DNA of 64,000 nt. It comes from Elusimicrobia bacterium RIFOXYA2_FULL_39_19 (GTDB taxonomy: Bacteria; Elusimicrobiota; Endomicrobiia; CG1-02-37-114; XYA2-FULL-39-19). Shown here piece by piece: positions 48,796 to 56,699 of this stretch; position 1 is the stretch's first letter; the number at the start of each line of letters is the position of its first letter. The stretch is taken from contig MGVC01000013.1 in assembly GCA_001800285.1 (NCBI GenBank), positions 79,175-143,174 on the forward strand, in the 5' to 3' direction. The position numbers and the translations under genes were made by a program. The notes under the pieces were generated by a model. It saw only the letters and a program-made list of their open reading frames with translations. It was not told where the DNA came from and did no database searches.

Positions 48796-49842
48796 ATGAA
48801 ATACAAAGGCATTTTTAAAACATTTGATAACTCAAAAATCAGAACCTACCCGCTAAACAAAAGAAAAAGCAAGGTCTCCCTGGAATTTGCCGTTGACTGC
48901 AAACATTTAGCTAAACAAAAAATTACCCATCCCAACAAAGACATTGAAAAAATAGCATTAGGAGTAATAAAAGCCCGCAAACAAAACAAACCCGTCATAA
49001 TAATGTCAGGCGCACATCTGGTAAAAAATGGTTTATCACCCATTATTGTTGATTTGATGGAAAAAAGACTGATTACCCTATTTGCTACCAACGTTGCATC
49101 CTCTATTCACAGTTTTGAATTATCTCTCATAGGCCAGTCCAGTGAAAATGTAGCGAAAGGCCTGCCTAAAGGCGAATTCGGTATGGCGTTTGAAACCGGA
49201 ATGTATTTAAACCAGACACTTATTGAAGGGCTGAAAGCAGGTATTGGATTTGGTGAATCCATGGGCCGGCTTTATGGTGACAAAAAATTTAGAAAAAAAG
49301 TTATTGATAATGCTTTAAAAAATGAAAAGAATACCGATAACTACTATAAACCTTACGGCGCTTTCCGTTTTGCGGACAGCTGTATTTTTGCAAAAGCTTT
49401 TGAACTCAAAATCCCTGTTACTGTACACGCTTCTTTAGGCACTGATATAATTGACCAGCACAGAAACTTCAACGGCAGAGCCAAAGGTGAAACCAGCGGA
49501 AAAGACTTTCTCATTTTCGCTAACGAAATCACCAAACTTACCCATGGCGGTGTAATAATAAACATCGGCTCTGCGGTTATGGGCCCGGAAGTACTGCTTA
49601 AAGCGGTATCTATGGCGGCTAATACTGGCAAAGTTCCAAACAAAATAATCACTGCAGATTTTGACTTACGCCCTTTCGGTAATAATGCTGCTGATGAAAA
49701 AAAATATCCCTACTATTTTCGCGACCAGAAAAGCATAGTAAATAGAATACCGGAAAGTTACCACGGTACCGGCTACTACATACAGGGCAACCAGAAAGAA
49801 ACTGTCCCTTCCTTTTATAAGTACATAATCAGTCATTTCTGA
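48796..49842 (+). CDS. Deoxyhypusine-synthase-like (DHS/homospermidine-synthase fold) protein.
   Basis: 348 aa. Several segments align by eye to DHS: [27 protein letters not shown] against [43 protein letters not shown] against [27 protein letters not shown] against MIILGGGVVKH. A partial arginase-like SxDxD pattern (TADFDLRP) was considered and rejected. No search was run. Confidence 0.4.
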   Translation: [348 protein letters not shown]

Positions 49843-49945
49843 CACCCCCTCTGTTATACAATTATTGATTTTTCTACTGATTATTGCTTTAATAGTAGAC
49901 AAGTTTTAAAAAAACACAAAACTATACCAATCTTGAGGAGGAGCA

Positions 49946-51349
49946 ATGGCAAAAGAATATGCATTAAAAGTAAAAAAAATCAAAAAGGTAAACACACCAT
50001 TTAGAAAAATGGTAACACCGGAATTTCCCGTAAAACAGTCTGTAGCTATAATTGAAAAACTAAGAAAATACGAGCCCCGGTCTATGTCAGGCCAGCCGCT
50101 GGCACTGTGGGACCACGCAGACGGCATTAACGTGTTTGATAAATACGGCAATAAATGGCTGGACTGGAGCTCCGGCGTATTGGTAACCAACGCAGGCCAC
50201 TCTAACCCGGAAATAAAAAAAGCCATTATCAAACAGGTAAACAAAGGATTACTGCATAACTATTGTTTCCCGTCAGAACTAAGAGCTATATTAACTGAAA
50301 AAATAGCTAAATTAGCACCTGCACCGCTAAAAAAAGTATTTTTACTTACCACCGGAGCAGAAACCACTGAAGCTGCAGTAAAACTGGCAAGAACCTATGG
50401 GGCAAAAGAAGGCGGATCAGATAAAATAACCATAGTTTCTTTTTCCGGCGCATTTCACGGCAGAACCATGGGTGCCCAGATGATAGGTGGCTCACCGGAT
50501 TTGAAAAAATGGATAGTAAACCTTGACAAAGATATGGTACAGGCACCTTTCCCGTTTTGTTTCCGCTGCCCCTGGGGTAAAGACAAATATAACAACTGTG
50601 ATACAGAGTGTTTCGGCAAGTTTATAAATTTTCTGAAAGAAAAAAACATAGATCCTAAAAAGAATCTGGCGGGTGTAATATCTGAAACGTATCAGGGCGG
50701 CAATGCCATGTTTATGCCGAAAAAATTTGCCCAACTGTTAAGAAGTTTCTGTACTGAAAACAACGCTCTGCTAATATTTGACGAAGTACAGGCGGGATTT
50801 GGCAGAACAGGCAAAATGTTTGGCTTTCAGCACTATGACGTAGTGCCGGACATCACCTGCTGCGGTAAAGGCATATCAAGCTCACTGCCTATATCTGCTG
50901 TAATAGGCCGCGCTGACGTAATGGACATTTATGAACCAAACACCATGACCAGTACCCATACCGGCAACCCAGTATGTGCAGTAGCCGCCATTGCCAGCAT
51001 AGACTACATAGTAAAACACAAACTTACCCAGAACGCTGCAAAAGTAGGCAAATACCTTGAAAAAGAATTAATGAAAATTGCCGCTAAATATCCGTCCATT
51101 ATTGGGCACGTGTCCGGCAAAGGACTGGTTTACAGCTTACATATAGTAAAACCCGGCTCTAAAGAAACTAACGCAGACCTGGCACATGATATAGTAGGCA
51201 AATGTGTAGAAAAAGGATTGATGGTATTTGCACCTGTAGGGACGGGCAGCGCATCTTTTAAAATATCGCCCCCGTTAATTGCCACAGAAGCTTCCATAAA
51301 AGACGGCATACAAGCCGTGGATGAAGCCATTGCTGAATGCCTGGCCTAA
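49946..51349 (+). CDS. PLP-dependent class III aminotransferase (omega-amine:oxo-acid type).
   Basis: 467 aa. The motif DEVQAGFGRTGKMFG contains the PLP lysine, and SFSGAFHGRT is present. An unusual Cys4 insertion (FPFCFRCPWGKDKYNNCDTEC) is also present. A strong RBS (GGAGGAG) precedes the start. Confidence 0.8.
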   Translation: MAKEYALKVKKIKKVNTPFRKMVTPEFPVKQSVAIIEKLRKYEPRSMSGQPLALWDHADGINVFDKYGNKWLDWSSGVLVTNAGHSNPEIKKAIIKQVNKGLLHNYCFPSELRAILTEKIAKLAPAPLKKVFLLTTGAETTEAAVKLARTYGAKEGGSDKITIVSFSGAFHGRTMGAQMIGGSPDLKKWIVNLDKDMVQAPFPFCFRCPWGKDKYNNCDTECFGKFINFLKEKNIDPKKNLAGVISETYQGGNAMFMPKKFAQLLRSFCTENNALLIFDEVQAGFGRTGKMFGFQHYDVVPDITCCGKGISSSLPISAVIGRADVMDIYEPNTMTSTHTGNPVCAVAAIASIDYIVKHKLTQNAAKVGKYLEKELMKIAAKYPSIIGHVSGKGLVYSLHIVKPGSKETNADLAHDIVGKCVEKGLMVFAPVGTGSASFKISPPLIATEASIKDGIQAVDEAIAECLA

Positions 51350-51560
51350 GAATTGAAGCACCCGCCTTCGCAGGCGTGGATTCTAACTTTATTTTCATCG
51401 CAGCAAAAACCCTACGCTGAAATACCCGGAGCGGACTTAATCGCTATACATCCATGCCTTTACCGGGCAGGTATCCAGTATCATTTTATAAAAGGAAGAA
51501 ACTGGATAGACACGGATTTCCGCGAAGGGTGTTAAATACAAAATATAAGTAATAGCAACA

Positions 51561-51594
51561 AAAAAAGCGCCCTTTAAAAGGCGCTTTTTTTTGA
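51561..51594. terminator. Bidirectional rho-independent terminator.
   Basis: The sequence is AAAAAAA-GCGCC-CTTTAAAA-GGCGC-TTTTTTTTT. It sits between the convergent aminotransferase (+) and tkt (-) genes. Confidence 0.7.
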
Positions 51595-51613
51595 TGTATT
51601 ATGCTGTGTTTCT

Positions 51614-53647
51614 TTATTTCTTTTTTGCGGCAACTATTTTTCTGGCTCTTTCCACAAAAAACTCAGCTGTTAAACCAAATATTTTCATCAGTTCCCATGG
51701 CTGGCCGGAATCTCCGAAGGTATCGTTTATGCCTATCATGTCCATTAAAAGAGGCGTTTTGTATTTTTTGTTGCGTGCAATAGCACCCGCTATTATATTG
51801 CCCAATCCGCCTGCCTGATGCTCTTCTGCGGTAACAATAGCACCTGTTTCTTCTGCGGCTTTTAGTATAGCCTTTACATCAAGCGGCTTTACTGTATGAA
51901 CATTAAGGACTCTGGCTTCTATTTTAAACTGTTCCTTTAATATCCAGGCTGCGCGCATAGCTTCAGGCACCATAGGTCCGCAGGCTATTATAGTAAGCTG
52001 TTCTTTCTCTGATTTATATTTTTCTGCCAGTTTAATTTCAAAGGCATCTACAAATTTCTCCGTAACTTTTCTAAAACGGATTACATTGGCCTTGCCGAAA
52101 ACAAACGGGGTGTCTTTTTTGGTGGCTATGGGTGTGGCTTCCCTGGCATACCTGATGCATGACGGGCCTTTTACTATTGCCATGGCATGGGTAGCTTTTT
52201 CTGTTTCAATGGAATCACAAGGAACGGTTAAGGTCATTTTGGGAAGGTACGCCATAAGAGCTATTTCTTCCAGTGCCTGGTGCGTGGCGCCATCCTGCCC
52301 TACGGATATGCCCGCATGGGCTGATGCTATTTTTACGTTAAGGTCGTTATAACAGAGAGTTGTTCTTATCTGGTCCCAGTTTCTGCCGGTTACAAATACA
52401 CCGTAGGAACCAATAAATGCTGTCTTGCCTTCTTTTGCCAGGCCTGCGGCTACTACCGTCATATTCTGTTCTGCAATACCCATGCTGAAAAAACGGTTTT
52501 TTCTTTCGGGATGGTTCTTATAGAAATCATCCATTTTGATTGATGAAGTAATGTCTGACCCGTGGGCTACTACATTTTTATCTTCCCCTATTATTTCCAG
52601 GGCTTTGCCAAAACCGAATCTGGTAGGTTCCATATCCACTTTCATCATTGGATCTGCGTTCCACCAGTAATTCTTTTTAAACTTCGGCAGTTTGGCTTCA
52701 ACTTTTTTATTTACGCCTTTCTGGTAATTTTCTACACTTGCAAAGATGGCATCCAGCCTTTCTTTTGGAAATTTGTCTGCTATGCCTATGCTTTTCAGCG
52801 CGCTTTCTAAAGATTCGTCGCCGCATCTGCCGTGTTTCGGAGGCACACCATGATAACCTGCTACGTTTTCCGCGTAACAAATACCTTTGCCTTTTACCGT
52901 TTCAAATATTATCACGGTGGGCTGGCCTTTGACGGTTTTTGCTTGTTCAAAAGCTTCTACAATTTTTTGCATATCATGGCCGTTAGTTACTATTACATTC
53001 CAGCCAAATGATTTATATTTATCTTCAAGCGGTTCTACGTTCATTACATCTGCTACTTTGCCGTCTATCTGCAGTTTGTTGCGATCAAGGATGCCTACCA
53101 GGTTATCAAGTTTGTAATGAGCTGCAGACATTACTGATTCCCAAATAGAACCTTCCTGCTGTTCGCCGTCACCCATGATGCAGTAAACCCTGTAATCCTG
53201 TTTTTCCAGTTTTGCGTTTATGGCGCTTCCTACGGCAACACCTAAACCCTGGCCCAGGGACCCGCTGGATAATTCAATTCCAGGCAGCTTGAATCTATTG
53301 GGATGGCCTTCAAAACCTGACCATAATCTTCTAAGTTTTGCTGTTTCTTCTATATTGTAATAACCTGCCGCGCCCAATGCCACGTACAATGCCGGAGCTT
53401 TGTGGCCGGTAGACCAGAAAGTTCTGTCTCTGTCTTCCCATATTGGATTTTCCGGATCGTGCTTCATAATTTTAAGGTATAAAGCTGCCGTGATATCCAT
53501 AATGGACATGGTACCGCCGGTGTGACCTGATTTTGCCAGAGTGATACCTATCATGTTCCACGCACGCATTTCTTTTGATTTTTCAATCAGTTCGCTGATT
53601 GAGTAGTCTTTTCTTACTTCACTCGTCTTTGAGTTGATTAATGACAT
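51614..53647 (-). CDS. tkt: Transketolase (single-chain).
   Basis: 677 aa. TPP-binding motifs GHTGGTMS and GDGEQQEG are present, with a C-terminal Tkt domain. Confidence 0.85.
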   Translation of the reverse strand: MSLINSKTSEVRKDYSISELIEKSKEMRAWNMIGITLAKSGHTGGTMSIMDITAALYLKIMKHDPENPIWEDRDRTFWSTGHKAPALYVALGAAGYYNIEETAKLRRLWSGFEGHPNRFKLPGIELSSGSLGQGLGVAVGSAINAKLEKQDYRVYCIMGDGEQQEGSIWESVMSAAHYKLDNLVGILDRNKLQIDGKVADVMNVEPLEDKYKSFGWNVIVTNGHDMQKIVEAFEQAKTVKGQPTVIIFETVKGKGICYAENVAGYHGVPPKHGRCGDESLESALKSIGIADKFPKERLDAIFASVENYQKGVNKKVEAKLPKFKKNYWWNADPMMKVDMEPTRFGFGKALEIIGEDKNVVAHGSDITSSIKMDDFYKNHPERKNRFFSMGIAEQNMTVVAAGLAKEGKTAFIGSYGVFVTGRNWDQIRTTLCYNDLNVKIASAHAGISVGQDGATHQALEEIALMAYLPKMTLTVPCDSIETEKATHAMAIVKGPSCIRYAREATPIATKKDTPFVFGKANVIRFRKVTEKFVDAFEIKLAEKYKSEKEQLTIIACGPMVPEAMRAAWILKEQFKIEARVLNVHTVKPLDVKAILKAAEETGAIVTAEEHQAGGLGNIIAGAIARNKKYKTPLLMDMIGINDTFGDSGQPWELMKIFGLTAEFFVERARKIVAAKKK

Positions 53648-53704
53648 TGACTGTGTTCTCCTATTTAATTTAATGTTTTAAGCAGCCGTTGCGGCCTGCG
53701 TTAT

Positions 53705-54097
53705 TTATGCTTTTTCTATGGATACTTTTGCGCCTGATTTAACTTTTAAAAAATCTTTCGGGTTGCCTAAAAGTTTCCCAACTACGTTTACGGCACTGGC
53801 CGGCCTTATTTCATCACCCGTGCTGGCTGGCGTTTTACCGAAAAAAATGCAGAATGCGTTTCCCGGGGGCCAATAGGCTATATCACCGCAATTTACTACT
53901 TCACAGCCGTTTTCTTCACCTACATGTACTGGAATAGAAAAATAGATTTCTTCCCCCCAGGTGTTTCCTTTGGCATTTATGGCTAAAGCTTCATAAATTG
54001 CCTGCGCAGTTTTTGAATCATTCAATTCTGCAAGCATAGATACTTCACCAGCAGTGATTTTGATTTTGTTTCCAATTGTTATCACAGATTGGACCAA
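53705..54097 (-). CDS. Small conserved hypothetical protein, tentatively cyclophilin-like fold (PF04126-like).
   Basis: 130 aa, beta-rich, with no signal peptide. Motifs GDIAYWPPGNAFCIFFG. The assignment is from memory of Thermotoga-type cyclophilin-like proteins and is weak. Confidence 0.3.
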   Translation of the reverse strand: MVQSVITIGNKIKITAGEVSMLAELNDSKTAQAIYEALAINAKGNTWGEEIYFSIPVHVGEENGCEVVNCGDIAYWPPGNAFCIFFGKTPASTGDEIRPASAVNVVGKLLGNPKDFLKVKSGAKVSIEKA

Positions 54098-54999
54098 GCT
54101 TCTCTAAGCACTCTTTTTGAGTTTGCAATAAGCACTTCAGAGTTTTCACCCGGCAGAGGTTTCACTTCAAAACTTACTATGGGCAGGTTATCTGTTTTTT
54201 TGCCCAGGTAGCCGATATCAAAAAGGCATTTTAAAAATTCCGTAAGTTCTTTTACGCCATTTTCACCGGTAGATATACCAAATCTGGGGTGCTGATCACC
54301 ATAGCCTGTCATAGCTTTATCCTTCATTATACAGTTACCCATGTGGATGTGAACAAGGTAATCTTTTACAGCGGTCAATGACTGCTTTGGTGTTTCGTTA
54401 AGTAACGGCATATGGCTTAAATCTACCATCAGTCCGAAATTTTTGCAGGTTTTTCTTACTTCTTTGGCTATTTTCACAGCTTCATCTGAGGGGCCAATAA
54501 GAGCTTTTTTGTCTATGTCACGGTCAAAAGTTTCAAGCACAAAATTAAGGTTTTTTGTCTGGGCATAATTTGAAAGTTCTACAAGAGATTCTACCAAGGC
54601 TTTTTTGGCTTCTTCTCTTTTTTCAGGGCCCGGGTCTGCTCCGCTAAGGATGGCTACAGCTTTTGCGCCGAGTTCTGAAGCTTCATTTATTCTTTCTTTT
54701 AAAAATTCCACTACTTTCTTTCTTTCTGCCTGGTCCAGGGAATTTACGTTATATTTATTTACAAGCAAAGTGGGCTGGGCTCCGTAAGCCACGGTTAAAT
54801 GGCTCTGCTCCAGCAATTCCTTGGCTTTTTTTCTTACTTCTGCGTCTTTCATCCAGGAAATTTCAATGGCTGAGAAAAAATCATCTTTGCAGATTTTTTC
54901 CAGTGTTTCAAGGATTGGGCCTTCACCCTTCATTGTTTCAGGGTAAATCATGAAGTGGATTATGCCTACTTTCATGTAATCGTGAATTGAATCTTTCAT
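54082..54999 (-). CDS. Sugar-phosphate isomerase/epimerase of the xylose-isomerase-like TIM-barrel family (ketose 3-epimerase / UlaE-like).
   Basis: 305 aa. TIM-barrel-like periodicity, with acidic and His residues in the expected positions (...LETFDRD..., ...VDLSHMP...). Confidence 0.45.
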   Translation of the reverse strand: MKDSIHDYMKVGIIHFMIYPETMKGEGPILETLEKICKDDFFSAIEISWMKDAEVRKKAKELLEQSHLTVAYGAQPTLLVNKYNVNSLDQAERKKVVEFLKERINEASELGAKAVAILSGADPGPEKREEAKKALVESLVELSNYAQTKNLNFVLETFDRDIDKKALIGPSDEAVKIAKEVRKTCKNFGLMVDLSHMPLLNETPKQSLTAVKDYLVHIHMGNCIMKDKAMTGYGDQHPRFGISTGENGVKELTEFLKCLFDIGYLGKKTDNLPIVSFEVKPLPGENSEVLIANSKRVLREAWSNL

Positions 55000-55018
55000 T
55001 TACTTCCTCCTGTTTTGG

Positions 55019-55525
55019 TTATTTTGAGTATGTTAATGCCAGGTTAAACTCTTCATTGCTTACTACTTTTACTTCTGTTCTGCCTGTATCTTCATTAAAA
55101 TAATCTACTGCTCGGTGTAAATACTCTAACGAATGACTGTTTTCTATTTCATCGTTAATTATGGTTACTGCACCTAAAACATAAAACAAAATGCCTTCTG
55201 ACTCAGCTCTGGTTATTCTGCTTCTTTCTGCAGGGTCATATGTACCGCTTTCATTATATCTGTTATAAGCATAAGAACCCATAAGTATGCCTATAAACCA
55301 GCCACCGCCGTGTTCCCGATATAAACACATCTGCTCCAGCGCTCTGGGTGATTTACTGGCGGTTAAAGCTTTGAATTCTTTGATAGTGTATTCTGTACCG
55401 TCAACACTGACGCGGTAAGTTTTAAAAAACTTTGGCGCTATTACATAGGCCTTGTTTGTTTCTGTCTGGGCTATTACTGTAAACATTGAAAGTAAAACGG
55501 TTAAAAGCAGTGATTTCTTTAACAT
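55019..55525 (-). CDS. Secreted hypothetical protein.
   Basis: 168 aa. N-terminal signal peptide MLKKSLLLTVLLSMFTVIAQT. No recognisable motif. Confidence 0.4.
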   Translation of the reverse strand: MLKKSLLLTVLLSMFTVIAQTETNKAYVIAPKFFKTYRVSVDGTEYTIKEFKALTASKSPRALEQMCLYREHGGGWFIGILMGSYAYNRYNESGTYDPAERSRITRAESEGILFYVLGAVTIINDEIENSHSLEYLHRAVDYFNEDTGRTEVKVVSNEEFNLALTYSK

Positions 55526-55526
55526 C

Positions 55527-56699
55527 TTATCCTTCTGTATGAAGTTTTATGTGTTTTTTAAATATCTCATAATGTTCTGCTGAATTATTTTTTAACACTT
55601 CATAACAGCCGTCAAAGTATTTATCTACCGTTAATATTGAACCGTAGGTGACATGCAGTGCCTGCCTTAAATCACCGTTGCCGGTTTTTGAATCCATTAA
55701 ATTGAATATTTCTTCTCCTTTAAGTTTGGAAATATCAGGAATATTTGCAACGTTGGTGGTAAGTTCATAGCTGGCGCGGTCTTTTTCAAACTGTTTCATG
55801 GAAATAGCGTATATTTCCTTGAAAAGGTCCGGATTATGTTTGGCTACAAGGCGTAATTCCTCCAGATAGTAGGTACCGGCAGATTTTAAGTGATAGTTTC
55901 CCTTTGTGTGCTTTGAAAGAATAGGATAAATAGAAAATTTGTCACTTCCTGAGTGCACGCATAAACGGACACCGAAGTCATTTAATATTTTAAGTATTTC
56001 TTTCAGGTAGGTTTCAAACTCATCCAGTTTTTTATCGTTTTTCTTCTGCAGGTAATAATCTATGGCTTTTTCAAAGTACCCGGGAAACCTGGGGGCCAGC
56101 TCATCAACGCGGATATTACGTTTTTTAAGTTCTTCCAGCGCAAAGCTAACTTCATCAAATTTTGTGGTGTATTCGGTTTCATCAAAAGACACTTCTACGC
56201 TGAAATCTGCGCCTTTTTTCAGCTCTTCGGTTAGTTTTATAAGTTTGGTAAGTTGTTCAACCGCTTCCTTAATACTTTTTTTAAGCTCATTTGAAACATC
56301 ATAAGTAAAATGTGTACAACCACCGGCTACCGCCATTTTAATATGCTCTTCTGTTTTCAAATGGTCGCCATCTGCGGACCAGGGAAGCGTAAGATTGGCA
56401 GTATAAGAGGAATAGGTACCCAGGTCAATTACGTTTTCATAGGTGCGGTTGGTTCTCTCCAGTTCTCTGGCAGATTGCTGGGCCAATACTACCTGCACGC
56501 CAAGTTCTTTGGCGGCTTTTGCCTGCATAACATTGCCAAGGCCGTAAGCGCACCGGTACCCGGTACCAAAGACAAAACCTTTTCTGATAACAGACGGGTT
56601 GGTGTTTTTATGGTTTTTGCGCAATTCTACAGCTTCTTCGTGTGTAACAGGAACCTTATTGCTGGTTTTCAAGTTCTTCTCCCAGTAAATTAAAATCAC
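55527..56699 (-). CDS. GatZ/KbaZ/UxaE-family protein (tagatose-6-phosphate 4-epimerase or tagaturonate epimerase-like).
   Basis: 390 aa. The family assignment is from overall similarity recalled from GatZ/UxaE-type proteins (...HSGSDKFSIYPIL...). The start is uncertain because the ORF overlaps the upstream gene by 44 bp. Confidence 0.35.
   Translation of the reverse strand: MILIYWEKNLKTSNKVPVTHEEAVELRKNHKNTNPSVIRKGFVFGTGYRCAYGLGNVMQAKAAKELGVQVVLAQQSARELERTNRTYENVIDLGTYSSYTANLTLPWSADGDHLKTEEHIKMAVAGGCTHFTYDVSNELKKSIKEAVEQLTKLIKLTEELKKGADFSVEVSFDETEYTTKFDEVSFALEELKKRNIRVDELAPRFPGYFEKAIDYYLQKKNDKKLDEFETYLKEILKILNDFGVRLCVHSGSDKFSIYPILSKHTKGNYHLKSAGTYYLEELRLVAKHNPDLFKEIYAISMKQFEKDRASYELTTNVANIPDISKLKGEEIFNLMDSKTGNGDLRQALHVTYGSILTVDKYFDGCYEVLKNNSAEHYEIFKKHIKLHTEG

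Noticed and set aside
51353-51535. 60-aa ORF (MKHPPSQAW...) in the spacer after the aminotransferase.
   Set aside because: It has no RBS, and its composition differs because the region is a GC-richer structured spacer. It is more likely to be RNA structure than coding sequence; see the finding above.
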